32,000 nucleotides of DNA from Candidatus Saccharimonadota bacterium (GCA_016699955.1 CP064993.1:1050001-1082000), one strand, 5' to 3'. Positions 7,318 to 16,441 are shown, numbered from the stretch's first letter. The notes: generated by a model from the sequence alone, not told the origin. A program made the numbers and translations.

Positions 7318-9282
7318 CTACAGCATAGATTTCAGCTCATTGATGAGATCGCGAAGTTCAGCGGCTTGTTCGAACTGGAGGTTGGCGGCGGCAAGATCCA
7401 TTTGGGCAGTGAGGTCTTTTATGACTGTTTTGTATTCTTCCCTAGGAATCTTTTTGAGGTCAAGTTTAGCGCGCTTGGCTCCTTCTGGCAGTTCGGTATT
7501 CATGCGAGCTTCGACAGCACGACTAATGCCCGTAGGTGTTATGCCGTGCTGCTGGTTGTACTTCGCTTGTACTTCGCGGCGACGATTAGTTTCGTCAATA
7601 GTACGGCGCATGCTATCCGTGATACGGTCGGCGTACATAATAACTCGACCCTTTTCGTGGCGAGCCGCCCGCCCAACGGTCTGGATGAGGGCCTGCTCGC
7701 TACGCAAAAAACCTTCCTTGTCAGCATCGAGAATAGCCACTAGAGATACCTCTGGCAAATCAAGCCCCTCACGCAGGAGGTTAATACCGACCAAGACGTC
7801 GTAGACGCCAAGCCGTAGGTCGCGCAAAATATCCGTACGGTCAAGTGTGTCGACATCGCTATGTAAGTAGGCGACCTTAATGTTCAGGTCTTTCAGGTAT
7901 TCTGTCAGGTCTTCGCTCATTCGCTTGGTGAGCGTTGTGACTAGTACCCGCTCGTTACTAGCAATAGTACCGCGAACCTCGGCTAGGAGGTCATCTATTT
8001 GCCCGTCAATCTGGCGTACTTCGATGACCGGATCAAGTAGACCAGTTGGGCGAATCACCTGCTGGACCGGTTCGGTGCTGCGGCTGAGTTCGTACTGGGC
8101 AGGAGTTGCACTGACATACACAACCTGGTTGACATGACGTTCGTATTCCGTAAAATTGAGCGGGCGATTATCGAGTGCGCTCGGCAAGCGAAAACCGTGC
8201 TCTACGAGAACTTCCTTACGCGCTCTGTCGCCGTTGTACATACCACGGAGTTGCGGTATGGTCATGTGGCTTTCGTCAACAAACAGCAAGTAATCGTCAG
8301 GGAAATAGTCAAGCAGTGTCGCTGGCTGCTCACCCGGCTCACGGTTAGTAAGGTAACGACTGTAGTTTTCTATACCTTTAACGAATCCCGTTTCCTCGAG
8401 CATCTCCAGATCAAATCGAGTGCGTTGCTCGAGTCGCTGAGCTTCTAGCAGTTTGCCTTGTTTATTAAACTCTGCCAATCTCTCGCCCAACTCCTGCTGA
8501 ATGTACCCCAGGGCAACAGTCAATTTGTCTTGTGGGGTGACGTAGTGACTACTAGGAAAAATTTTGTAACTATTTAGCTGTGCCATAATTTCACCCGTCA
8601 GCGGGTCAATTTTGGTAATCCTATCAACTTCTTCGCCAAATAGGTCAATACGATAGGCCCACTCTTCACCAGCAGGATAAACATCTACCACGTCACCGCG
8701 AACACGAAACGTCCCTCTGTGAAAATCGATGTCGTTGCGCTTGTACTGTATGTCTGTCAGTTGGCGGAGCAACTTATCACGCACACGGCGTTCACCCTTT
8801 ACAACTTCGACCGAAAGACCGTCGTAATCTTCTACCGAACCGATGCCGTATATGCAGCTAACGCTTGCCACGATAAGAACGTCTTTGCGGCTCAGTAGCG
8901 CGTCTGTGGCAGCATGCCTAAGCCGGTCAATTTCTTCGTTGATCGCACTATCTTTTTCGATAAAAGTATCAGAACGGGCAATATATGCTTCTGGCTGATA
9001 GTAGTCAAAATAGCTCACAAAGTAGTGAACAGCGTTGTCCGGAAAAAACTGTTTAAACTCATTGTAGAGCTGGGCCGCCAGAGTTTTGTTATGGCTCAGT
9101 ACCAAAGTTGGGCGTTGCACATTTTGCACCAGGTTCGCCATGGTAAACGTCTTGCCACTCCCAGTCACACCAAGCAATGTCTGTTCTTTTACCCCGCCTT
9201 GCAAACCCTCGGTCAACCGCCGAATTGCCTCTGGCTGATCCCCTTGTGGCGTGTAATCACTCTTAAGCTGAAACTTTTTCAT
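7318..9282 (-). CDS. uvrB: Excinuclease ABC subunit B
   Basis: 654 aa. Walker [17 protein letters not shown] box (FVDESHMT), helicase motifs ([39 protein letters not shown]) and the C-terminal UVR domain ([11 protein letters not shown]). Confidence 0.97.
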   Translation of the reverse strand: MKKFQLKSDYTPQGDQPEAIRRLTEGLQGGVKEQTLLGVTGSGKTFTMANLVQNVQRPTLVLSHNKTLAAQLYNEFKQFFPDNAVHYFVSYFDYYQPEAYIARSDTFIEKDSAINEEIDRLRHAATDALLSRKDVLIVASVSCIYGIGSVEDYDGLSVEVVKGERRVRDKLLRQLTDIQYKRNDIDFHRGTFRVRGDVVDVYPAGEEWAYRIDLFGEEVDRITKIDPLTGEIMAQLNSYKIFPSSHYVTPQDKLTVALGYIQQELGERLAEFNKQGKLLEAQRLEQRTRFDLEMLEETGFVKGIENYSRYLTNREPGEQPATLLDYFPDDYLLFVDESHMTIPQLRGMYNGDRARKEVLVEHGFRLPSALDNRPLNFTEYERHVNQVVYVSATPAQYELSRSTEPVQQVIRPTGLLDPVIEVRQIDGQIDDLLAEVRGTIASNERVLVTTLTKRMSEDLTEYLKDLNIKVAYLHSDVDTLDRTDILRDLRLGVYDVLVGINLLREGLDLPEVSLVAILDADKEGFLRSEQALIQTVGRAARHEKGRVIMYADRITDSMRRTIDETNRRREVQAKYNQQHGITPTGISRAVEARMNTELPEGAKRAKLDLKKIPREEYKTVIKDLTAQMDLAAANLQFEQAAELRDLINELKSML

Positions 9283-9288
9283 CCTACC

Positions 9289-9294
9289 AGTATA
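9289..9294 (-). promoter_or_regulatory. -10 hexamer TATACT 6 nt upstream of the uvrB ATG
   Basis: The minus strand reads gagTATACT-ggtagg-ATG, with no SD in between. Confidence 0.3.
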
Positions 9295-9531
9295 CTCGAT
9301 AGACCTACCTCAATGTCGTAGAAAGCAACATATAGCCATTCCAAAACAAAATGGCGATGACTATGATCATATTCTGGTGTGCAGTAATCCGAACTCGGCG
9401 TAAGCGTTCTAAAGAGGCGCTGTCGAACATCTAGCGCCTGAAGATGTTTACAGTGATGCTTACACCAACCTAGGGTTCCAGTGGAACAAGCCTGTTTTAA
9501 ATAGAAGCGTAAGCAGGTAGAATAAAGGGTA

Positions 9532-10215
9532 ATGCCACATACACACAAACACGAACATAAAGTCTGGAAAATGAGTGATGAGCAAAAAAAAGCCATCGCA
9601 AAATCGACGCGTGACTTACGCAGCAGCGAAGAAGAGTTTGAAGCTGCCTTTAGAATACTGAAAAAATACCCAAAAAGGGTGACTTTTTTTGGCTCTGCCC
9701 GCTTAAGCCCCCGCTACAAATCATACCAGTGGGCTCGTGAGCTTGCCGGTGATCTCGCAGAAGATGGGTTTGCTATTCTTTCGGGAGGTGGTGGCGGAAT
9801 AATGGAAGCAAGTAACCGCGGTGCTTACGACGAACAGCTTGTTTCGATTGGCTTTAATATTACTCTACCGCACGAGCAGCACATTAACCCCTATACTTCA
9901 GATCACATGACGTTTAACTTTTTTTTCACGCGCAAGGTAATGATGACATTTTATTCACACGCGTTTGTCTGCTTTCCGGGTGGGTTCGGTACACTAGATG
10001 AATTTTTTGAAATAATAACTCTCATGCAAACGCACAAAATGCCCCATGTACCCATCATACTTGTCGGCAAAAAGTTCTGGAAACCACTCGACAAATTCAT
10101 TCGTAAACATATGCTTAATACTGGTCTTATATCGCACGGCGATCAGCGGATCTACATTATTACCGACAACCTTCGGTACGCTCGGCAAGTTATAAACCAA
10201 GATTACGAAAAGTAA
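9532..10215 (+). CDS. LOG family / TIGR00730 Rossmann-fold protein (nucleotide 5'-monophosphate phosphoribohydrolase-like)
   Basis: Motifs SGGGGGIMEA and FPGGFGTLDEFFE (PGGxGTxxE). TAGAAT at 9518-9523 lies 8 nt upstream of the ATG. The N-terminus is His-rich (MPHTHKHEHK). Confidence 0.85.
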   Translation: MPHTHKHEHKVWKMSDEQKKAIAKSTRDLRSSEEEFEAAFRILKKYPKRVTFFGSARLSPRYKSYQWARELAGDLAEDGFAILSGGGGGIMEASNRGAYDEQLVSIGFNITLPHEQHINPYTSDHMTFNFFFTRKVMMTFYSHAFVCFPGGFGTLDEFFEIITLMQTHKMPHVPIILVGKKFWKPLDKFIRKHMLNTGLISHGDQRIYIITDNLRYARQVINQDYEK

Positions 10216-10261
10216 ACCAGACCGGGAAAAAACGCATCGATTCGCCGCACACGGCTAATGT

Positions 10262-11497
10262 CTACTCAAATTCTACAGACGGAGCAAGCTGCTTTCCAAG
10301 CGATGCTGCTAGCATGTCCTGGAGGTTATCCTGGCGCAGGTAGCGGGCAAAAAGTTCACGCCCGAGTGTTTCTCGCATGTTTTTGAGCACCCGCTCACCA
10401 TAGCCGAACCCGTTGCATACCCCAAGCGCTACATCAAGTACATTAAGAGAGGTGGCTTCTCCGGTACTATCAAGTAAGCCGAGCATGTCAGTTTCTTCCC
10501 AAAAGCCCAGTACAGACTGCAGACTAGCCAGGGCGGCACCGACACTGTGCCAGGCTAGGTCTTCTGGCTGGACGTGTGGCTCAAACACCTCCGGGTGATA
10601 GCTGGCGTGACCGTGTCCATAAAACCAGTGGACAGCTTGCCAAGAAAGTCTACTGCCGCCAAGCACGACATCAGTCAAAGGCTCCTCGGCGAGTGCCTTT
10701 TGTACCAGTTCCCCAAAGTTTGGCTGCACCTGCAGCAACTTGTTGTATGCGCTGAGCGCACGCATGTCATTTAGTAGATGAAGTGAAAGTACCAGAGAGG
10801 TTATTGCCATCCCAGGTAAATCGTCCTCGACCGGCAAAATAATAACTGCTCCCATTTCTGGCACGGCAATTAAATGATTTTTGTGCACCTGCGCGTAGTT
10901 CGCGGCAAGCTTTGGCCACTGTTTCGCCACTGGTACGATAAACTGCGGGCGTCGTGCCTCAAAATCAGATACTTGCAGCTTCTTGTACGCTGCAAGCCGT
11001 GCTTCATGCCATTCGGCCGATTCTGTTGCGCGGGCAGCAGCAAGCAGTTGTGCAGGAGATTCGTGTTTTAGCATGCTATCCATGCTGCGATACCCCAAAC
11101 GCTTCATGGTTGCTTTGGGTTTAAGTTTCTTAAGCAACTGCTTCATAGCGGCTGGCTTTACGACAAACATATCACTGTGGTGGTCAAGGTTGTTTAGCTG
11201 CCTGGCAACATTTTGTAGCACATCCACTGGGTCATTATCGGCGCGTACATTGAGCGCGGCGCGTACCCGCGCTTCGTCTTGCTTGAGACGAGTTTGCAGT
11301 GCAGTATATAGTTCGGGTCCGGTAGTGTCCAGCGGGTCGAGTCCGAGTTGACGGATTTTTTCTCGTGTCCCTTGCATAATATGCGCAGCCAAACGAATAT
11401 CTGCACTCGGCATACCAGCAGCCCGTTCAAGCTGCTGAACCTGCTGGCGAAACGGCACCTGATTGGCGCCTAAAAGCTGAGCTAGTACCCTCGACAT
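10262..11497 (-). CDS. Hypothetical protein of 411 aa (421 aa if it starts at TTG 11527)
   Basis: A long clean ORF with natural amino-acid composition. ATG 11497 is preceded by TAAACT (11506-11511) 8 nt upstream. I recognise no motif. Confidence 0.72.
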   Translation of the reverse strand: MSRVLAQLLGANQVPFRQQVQQLERAAGMPSADIRLAAHIMQGTREKIRQLGLDPLDTTGPELYTALQTRLKQDEARVRAALNVRADNDPVDVLQNVARQLNNLDHHSDMFVVKPAAMKQLLKKLKPKATMKRLGYRSMDSMLKHESPAQLLAAARATESAEWHEARLAAYKKLQVSDFEARRPQFIVPVAKQWPKLAANYAQVHKNHLIAVPEMGAVIILPVEDDLPGMAITSLVLSLHLLNDMRALSAYNKLLQVQPNFGELVQKALAEEPLTDVVLGGSRLSWQAVHWFYGHGHASYHPEVFEPHVQPEDLAWHSVGAALASLQSVLGFWEETDMLGLLDSTGEATSLNVLDVALGVCNGFGYGERVLKNMRETLGRELFARYLRQDNLQDMLAASLGKQLAPSVEFE

Positions 11498-11598
11498 ATA
11501 CGCATAGTTTACAGTAAAAAGCCACAAGAGTTAAGAGGCGTTAATAGACCAATCATTTGCACTGTCATAAAGAATGGTAACTCGCGGCTCGTGTTAGT

Positions 11599-12606
11599 CT
11601 AGAACTGTTCAACGTGGTACCAGTCGGGGGCTTTGCGGAGCCATTCGTCCAGCTCTCGCTCCGTAACCAAGCCCGCCTGGGCGCCCGCTTTTTGGACGAC
11701 ACTCATGGAGTTAATGGGTGCCCACTGAAGTGCACTTTCAAGATTATGCCCTTTTGCCAAAGCAGCAACAAGCGTAGAAGCGTAAGCATCGCCCGCGCCT
11801 GTTCGCTCGTAGGGCGGAGCTGGGTCTGGGTACAACGGCATTTTGTAGCGGCTCACACCGTCAGAGGCATAGGCACCATCTGGGCCATCGGTCACAACCG
11901 CAATTTTGCAACCAAAGCCGTGTAGACGGTCGAGTAAATCATGGACATTGTCGTACTCCCCGCCCGTGACAAGCACTGCTTCTTCACGGTTCATGATAAC
12001 AACTTCCGTGCGCGCATATATACGCCTTAGTCGTTCCACGCCAGTTTTCATTTGGAAAGTGCCCGGCTGAAAGGCAAGTTTTACCTCTGGGTTTTCTTCT
12101 AGCCAATCGGCAATATCATCGGTGTATTCAAGCGCACCCTCAGAGATTGAGCTGAAATAAACCCATTGTGGCATTTCATACTGACGAAAGTGTGGCCACT
12201 GGTAGGCGTACTCTTCGTGTTTTATGAGTATGGTACGCTCTTCTTTAAACCAGAGCACGTAGTGAATGTTGCTCTGTTTTTTGCCATTTACATGCACGAA
12301 ACGCGTGTCGACACCTTCTTTGCTGAGCGTACGAACAATTTCGCGCCCTTCCTGGTCACCGCCCACTTCAGTTTCAAAAGCAGCGTTTAAGCCAAGTCGA
12401 CTGAATGAAACAGCGGCATTGGCAGCATTACCCACTGCATGCAGGGTTTCGACGTGATCAAATGGAATTTTTACGCCAAATGGTATAGCCAGCCATTTGC
12501 CGTCTTCGTTCTTGTAAGTATGCTCCAGGTCATCCATTAGCTTGATAAATACGTCTGTTACGACGTCACCGACACAGAGAACATCTATTTGTTCGTGTTT
12601 ACTCAC
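11599..12606 (-). CDS. PfkB-family carbohydrate/sugar-phosphate kinase
   Basis: C-terminal PfkB signature ERTGAGDAYASTLVAAL and N-terminal VGDVVTDVF. GTG start with GGTGGGG SD 4 nt upstream. Confidence 0.85.
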   Translation of the reverse strand: MSKHEQIDVLCVGDVVTDVFIKLMDDLEHTYKNEDGKWLAIPFGVKIPFDHVETLHAVGNAANAAVSFSRLGLNAAFETEVGGDQEGREIVRTLSKEGVDTRFVHVNGKKQSNIHYVLWFKEERTILIKHEEYAYQWPHFRQYEMPQWVYFSSISEGALEYTDDIADWLEENPEVKLAFQPGTFQMKTGVERLRRIYARTEVVIMNREEAVLVTGGEYDNVHDLLDRLHGFGCKIAVVTDGPDGAYASDGVSRYKMPLYPDPAPPYERTGAGDAYASTLVAALAKGHNLESALQWAPINSMSVVQKAGAQAGLVTERELDEWLRKAPDWYHVEQF

Positions 12607-12680
12607 TTAACCCCACCTTTTGTTAATTGCACTTATGCTTATGCCCTCATTGTGTCATACCCTAGCTACTGCTCGCAATA

Positions 12681-12947
12681 TTAATCTTTGCGTTGGATGA
12701 TATCAATGGTTTTACTCGCCTGCAACCGTAGACTCTCACTAGTTTTTTGCAGAGCTTCAGTTTTGCTATCAAACACCTGAAGTGCTTTTTTTGGCGCTTC
12801 GGCAACTTTTTCTAGCGCCTGAGGAGCTGTCTCAACATGTTTTTCGAACGTATCGACAACTTCTGTCAGTTTCTTCTCGATAGCGCCGTCTTCTATGGCC
12901 TTCAGCGTGTCGTCGATTGATTTAAAAACATTGTCAAGCAGACCCAT
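12681..12947 (-). CDS. Hypothetical small helical protein (88 aa)
   Basis: The ATG lies 2 nt after the fba stop, giving tight operon coupling. The sequence is charged, heptad-like and rich in E/K/A/L. Confidence 0.6.
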   Translation of the reverse strand: MGLLDNVFKSIDDTLKAIEDGAIEKKLTEVVDTFEKHVETAPQALEKVAEAPKKALQVFDSKTEALQKTSESLRLQASKTIDIIQRKD

Positions 12948-12949
12948 GA

Positions 12950-13861
12950 CTAGACAGCCCTTCCGGCAGAATTAAACGTTGCCAGTTTCTCGGCAACGAC
13001 TGCTTGCACAGCGGGAACAACATGTTTATTAACCAGTTTTGATACAGAGTATTCGTTTGGGTTTTCGGCCAAAACCTTTTCCAGCGTTTGACGGTAGACG
13101 ACACGCATATCGCTATTGATGTTTACTTTCGTTACGCCGATTCTGACAGCCGACTCAAAGAAATGCCCCGGGGTGCCACTGCCTCCGTGCAGGCTTATGT
13201 TGCACGCAACAGCGTCACGAATACGTTGCAGCAGCTCTAGATCGAGTTTTTTTGGTACGGGGTACTTTCCGTGCAAATTGCCGATTGCCGCAGCAAACGT
13301 GTCTATCCCCGTAGCCTCTACAAATGCGCGGGCGCCCTCGGGAGTACTAAAGGTCTTTTGAATCTCTTCGTAATCAATTGTCTCAGTGTGCAGGTTACTT
13401 GAGCCGCCAAAGTAGTGCGGTTCGCTTTCCACAAGCGCCCCTGTGAACTTCGCATATTCAACTACTTCGCGTGTGGCGGCGATAATTTCTTCGTCCGACG
13501 CATCGTGATTGGCTTGGCTAACGTCAATATGGATAAATTCGTAGCCCGCATCGATTCCCTTTTTTGCTGCCTCAACAGATGGGCTGTGGTCGAGGTTGAT
13601 ATACATTTCAACACCATATTCGCGCTTAATGTTATCGACTAGATCACGCACGTTTTCCAGCCCCAAATCATCGACTTCTCCCTGACTAACTTCTACCAGC
13701 ACTGGCGCATTTGCTTCCCGCGCCGCCAATGCCACTGCCTTCAGCGTCGCCTGATCGTCGAGATTAAATGCTCCAAACGCCCAATGTTCTTCCCTAGCCT
13801 GCGCCATCCGCGCCCGCGCCATTTTGCAGTTACTTCTTGCTTTTTGTAGCGTCAGTGCCAT
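12950..13861 (-). CDS. fba: Class II fructose-bisphosphate aldolase
   Basis: Motifs AFNLDD, INLDHS, HIDVS, GNLHG, SLHGGSG and NINSDMR are typical of FbaA/class II aldolases. GAGGGGG SD upstream. Confidence 0.92.
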   Translation of the reverse strand: MALTLQKARSNCKMARARMAQAREEHWAFGAFNLDDQATLKAVALAAREANAPVLVEVSQGEVDDLGLENVRDLVDNIKREYGVEMYINLDHSPSVEAAKKGIDAGYEFIHIDVSQANHDASDEEIIAATREVVEYAKFTGALVESEPHYFGGSSNLHTETIDYEEIQKTFSTPEGARAFVEATGIDTFAAAIGNLHGKYPVPKKLDLELLQRIRDAVACNISLHGGSGTPGHFFESAVRIGVTKVNINSDMRVVYRQTLEKVLAENPNEYSVSKLVNKHVVPAVQAVVAEKLATFNSAGRAV

Positions 13862-13926
13862 ATGCCCCCTCGATCTAATTACTCATAAGTATAACGCTAT
13901 TACTTGCTCCTGCCAAACCCGTGTTG

Positions 13927-13952
13927 TATAATTACCAAACATTATTAAGGAG
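13927..13952 (+). promoter_or_regulatory. -10 box TATAAT (13927-13932) plus AAGGAG SD (13947-13952) for the lipoprotein gene
   Basis: gtgttgTATAATtaccaaacattattAAGGAGctgtaaatATG. This is a classical leadered arrangement, unlike many neighbours. Confidence 0.4.
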
Positions 13953-13960
13953 CTGTAAAT

Positions 13961-14482
13961 ATGTACCGACCGGAAAAACCGCTGATTGCTGCAAGCTTAT
14001 TGATTTTAGCCGCCGCTTGCAATGCTAATGCTGCGGTAAACCCAGGACCTTCGCCAGACGCAAGCAGTGCTCATGCTGCGGTTAACCCAGGACCTTCGCC
14101 AGACGCAAGCAGTGCTCATGCTGCGGTTAACCCAGGACCTTCGCCAGACGCAAGCAGTGGCCCTGTTGTCGCCAGATTCAACTCTAAAGAACAAATCATT
14201 CTAAGCGTTGCCGACTCTCAAGGAACAATGAGCGAGGCCGCTATCGCAGCTTGCCGGTCGGGAAAACTTGCCATTGTACTGAGTGGAGCAGATGTGGAGC
14301 TTGATCCTAGCGTCGTAGATGAGTATGCCTTACTCGCAAATGTTGACACTGGCAAGATTTGCGACGGAGATCGCATACATCCGTCCTCACTTCCAGCTGT
14401 CGCAACAATTGCAGGACAAAGTGTTATTGCGAATCTATTTTTAACTAGTGGCAGACCACCGGCGGGCACTATAGTTCCGTAA
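13961..14482 (+). CDS. Putative lipoprotein with a triplicated 15-aa Pro/Ser-rich repeat
   Basis: Signal peptide MYRPEKPLIAASLLILAAAC with a lipobox-like LAAAC. It is followed by three copies of AAVNPGPSPDASS(AH). Confidence 0.75.
   Translation: MYRPEKPLIAASLLILAAACNANAAVNPGPSPDASSAHAAVNPGPSPDASSAHAAVNPGPSPDASSGPVVARFNSKEQIILSVADSQGTMSEAAIAACRSGKLAIVLSGADVELDPSVVDEYALLANVDTGKICDGDRIHPSSLPAVATIAGQSVIANLFLTSGRPPAGTIVP
14032..14161 (+). repeat. Tandem repeat of a 45-bp unit, about 2.9 copies, in frame within the lipoprotein gene
   Basis: Units begin at 14032, 14077 and 14122. Unit 1 differs from units 2 and 3 at one base (gcggtAaac versus gcggtTaac). The third copy diverges after base 40. Confidence 0.95.
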
Positions 14483-14630
14483 CGTGGTGGGCGGCGAGGC
14501 GAATGTGTTTGGCGTCTAGACCGTAGTGTTCCAGCAGTTCTTCTGGAGTACCACTTTCGCCGTAGCAGTCGCGCATACCAATTCGCTTCATAGGCACTGG
14601 GTGATTTTCAGCGAGTAGCTCAGCGATAGC
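14469..14630 (-). pseudogene. Out-of-frame 3' continuation of the transketolase C-terminal subunit (53 codons plus stop)
   Basis: This frame reads AIAELLAENHPVPMKRIGMRDCYGESGTPEELLEHYGLDAKHIRLAAHHVTEL*, a canonical transketolase C-terminus. It joins the upstream frame if 1 nt is added at the homopolymer 14631-14636. Confidence 0.8.
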
Positions 14631-15436
14631 TCCCCCAAACCACCAGCAATTTGCCCTTCTTCGACCGTAACAACACAGCCGGTTTTTTTGACTGACTTTA
14701 AAATTGTTGCTTCGTCCAGCGGCTTGATGGTCGGCACATTTATAACTTCTGCGTCTATACCGTCTTTGTACAGCTTGTCAGCCGCTTCGAGTGCCGGATA
14801 AACCATGGTGCCTGTTGCTATGATGGTCACATCTTTACCTGGAGTAAACACATATGCTTTACCGATTGTAAAAGGGGTTGCTTCTGTTGTTATGATGGGG
14901 GTTGCTTCACGGCACAGACGAATATAGTTTGGGCGCGCATCTTTGGCCATAGCTAGCACCATTTTTTCTGCCTCCACCGCGTCACATGGATTTAGTACCA
15001 CCATGCCCGGCATGACGCGCATGAGTGCAATGTCCTCAAGCATTTGATGCGTAGCTCCGTCCGGGCCGGTATACAAGCCTGCGTGACCTCCCACAATCTT
15101 TACCGGCACATCGTTTAAACATACAGTAGTCTTAATTTGCTCCCAGTTACGACCCGGGCTAAAGGCAGCATAGCTAGCTACAAACGGAATCTTGCCGGCC
15201 AGTGCCAAGCCAGCCCCCACAGTTGCCAGATTTTGCTCAGCTATACCAACTTCGATAAACCTTTCTGGAAACGCCTTTTGGAAACCATCCATTTTAATTG
15301 ACCCAGTCAGGTCGGCGCAAAGTGCCACGACGTTCTCATCGAGTTCACCCGCCCTCACAAGCCCCCGTCCAAATCCCGCCCGTGTGGCATCGGGTTTTAC
15401 TTCGTTAGGTACGGGCAACAGATGTAAATCGCTCAT
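14588..15436 (-). CDS. Transketolase C-terminal subunit (pyrimidine-binding and C-terminal domains), truncated by an apparent frameshift
   Basis: TRAGFGRGLV, IEVGIAEQN, GPDGATHQMLEDIALMR and the C-terminal domain. I prefer ATG 15436 (GGTGA SD) to the track start 15472. The frame ends 9 codons after the G5 run at 14632-14636, while the conserved C-terminus continues in another frame. Confidence 0.88.
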   Translation of the reverse strand: MSDLHLLPVPNEVKPDATRAGFGRGLVRAGELDENVVALCADLTGSIKMDGFQKAFPERFIEVGIAEQNLATVGAGLALAGKIPFVASYAAFSPGRNWEQIKTTVCLNDVPVKIVGGHAGLYTGPDGATHQMLEDIALMRVMPGMVVLNPCDAVEAEKMVLAMAKDARPNYIRLCREATPIITTEATPFTIGKAYVFTPGKDVTIIATGTMVYPALEAADKLYKDGIDAEVINVPTIKPLDEATILKSVKKTGCVVTVEEGQIAGGLGELSLSYSLKITQCL

Positions 15437-15521
15437 TTTTTCACCCCATTTGAAGTTTCGGTCATGGAGCATGCAGCGTGCGGTAAACTTGGGCGATTTA
15501 TTTTACATGATTTCTGATTCA

Positions 15522-16391
15522 TTATTCATGCTCCCCTTTTATTTTACCGCCTAGGGTGCGGAGTTCGTGCAGGGCTTCGCGGGCTTGCTCACGATTGGGC
15601 GGGACACCGTGCCAGTGGAAGTCGTACTCCATAAAGTCCACGCCTTTACCGGGGATAGTATAGGCTAGAATGCAAACCGGCTTTTCGGTGATAGCTTTGG
15701 CCATGGCGCAAGCATCGATGACAGCCTCCATATCGTTTCCGTCTATTTCCAGCACATGCCAGCCAAAGGCTTCCCATTTATCCTTGAGATCTTCTAGTGG
15801 CATGACGACTTCGGTAGGGCCATCTATCTGTATGTTGTTGCGGTCGACAATGACGGTAAGGTTAGTTAGTTTGTACTTCGGAGCAAGCATGGCTGCTTCC
15901 CAGACGTTGCCTTCATTAAGCTCACCGTCGCCCATGACAACATAGATATGGCGGTGCGACTGCTTGTTTAGCCGAAATGCTATGCCTATGCCACACGCCT
16001 GGCTTAGGCCGCAGCCCAAGGGACCGCTAGTGTTCTCAAGACCTGGCAGTTTCTTGCGCTCGGGATGACCTTGTAACCGACTGCCGAACTTACGAAGCGT
16101 GAGCAACTCAGTCTTCGGGAAATAGCCTGCCTCAGCCATGGTGGCATACTGTACGGGGACGCAGTGACCGTTGCTTAGCAGCAGTATGTCTCGTTCGTCC
16201 CAGTCGGGCTTCTTGGGATCGAGTTTTAGAATATCAAAATACAACGCTGTAAAAATATCTGCCAGCCCAAGCGGTCCGGCACTGTGCCCGCTGCCAGCAT
16301 GCTCAAGCATACGTATGATATCCTCACGTATGGCGTAGGCTTTGATCTCGAGCTGTTTGATTGTATATGACTTCCGCAACATTCTGCTCAT
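15522..16391 (-). CDS. Transketolase N-terminal (thiamine-diphosphate-binding) subunit
   Basis: GSGHSAGPLGLADI, LLSNGH, GPLGCGLSQACG and GDGELNEGNVWEA (the GDG-x-NEG ThDP motif). I prefer ATG 16391 (AAGGA upstream) to the track start 16466. Confidence 0.9.
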   Translation of the reverse strand: MSRMLRKSYTIKQLEIKAYAIREDIIRMLEHAGSGHSAGPLGLADIFTALYFDILKLDPKKPDWDERDILLLSNGHCVPVQYATMAEAGYFPKTELLTLRKFGSRLQGHPERKKLPGLENTSGPLGCGLSQACGIGIAFRLNKQSHRHIYVVMGDGELNEGNVWEAAMLAPKYKLTNLTVIVDRNNIQIDGPTEVVMPLEDLKDKWEAFGWHVLEIDGNDMEAVIDACAMAKAITEKPVCILAYTIPGKGVDFMEYDFHWHGVPPNREQAREALHELRTLGGKIKGEHE

Positions 16392-16441
16392 GATTATACA
16401 TCCTTCAGGAGTAAGAGTTAAGAGATAAGAGTTAAGGGTTG

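Noticed and set aside
7368-7375. tRNA T-loop-like GTTCGAAC, the only such hit noticed while scanning the window for tRNAs
   Set aside because: It lies inside the uvrB coding sequence with no acceptor, D-arm or anticodon-arm complementarity around it. I could not support a tRNA anywhere in the window.
7235-7804. 189-aa plus-strand ORF and several other ORFs (7366..7743, 7880..8137, 8134..8448, 8914..9321) opposite uvrB
   Set aside because: They lie entirely antisense to a full-length, motif-complete uvrB. Their Arg/Ser/Cys-rich composition is typical of shadow frames. The same reasoning applies to track ORFs antisense to gatB, gatA, hyp411, pfkB, fba, tkt, gap, trxB, the ABC exporter and pheT.
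9351-9439. 27-codon ORF (MAMTMIIFWCAVIRTRRKRSKEALSNI) with a 7-bp hairpin (AGGCGCT/AGCGCCT, 9415-9439) over its stop, considered as a type I toxin-like peptide in the uvrB-LOG spacer
   Set aside because: The hydrophobic stretch is only about 11 residues, too short for a membrane helix. There is no SD or convincingly placed -10, and no antisense partner is evident. The evidence is too weak to report as a gene.
9279-9596. 105-aa Cys-rich minus-strand ORF spanning the uvrB-LOG spacer
   Set aside because: It overlaps the LOG start and the uvrB start region. Its composition is implausible (many Cys, Leu and Phe) and it has no translation signals.
14032-14161. Possible CRISPR array or minisatellite outside genes
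   Set aside because: The 45-bp units are directly adjacent with no spacers. They are in frame and encode a repeated peptide inside a lipoprotein ORF, so this is a coding tandem repeat and not a CRISPR array.
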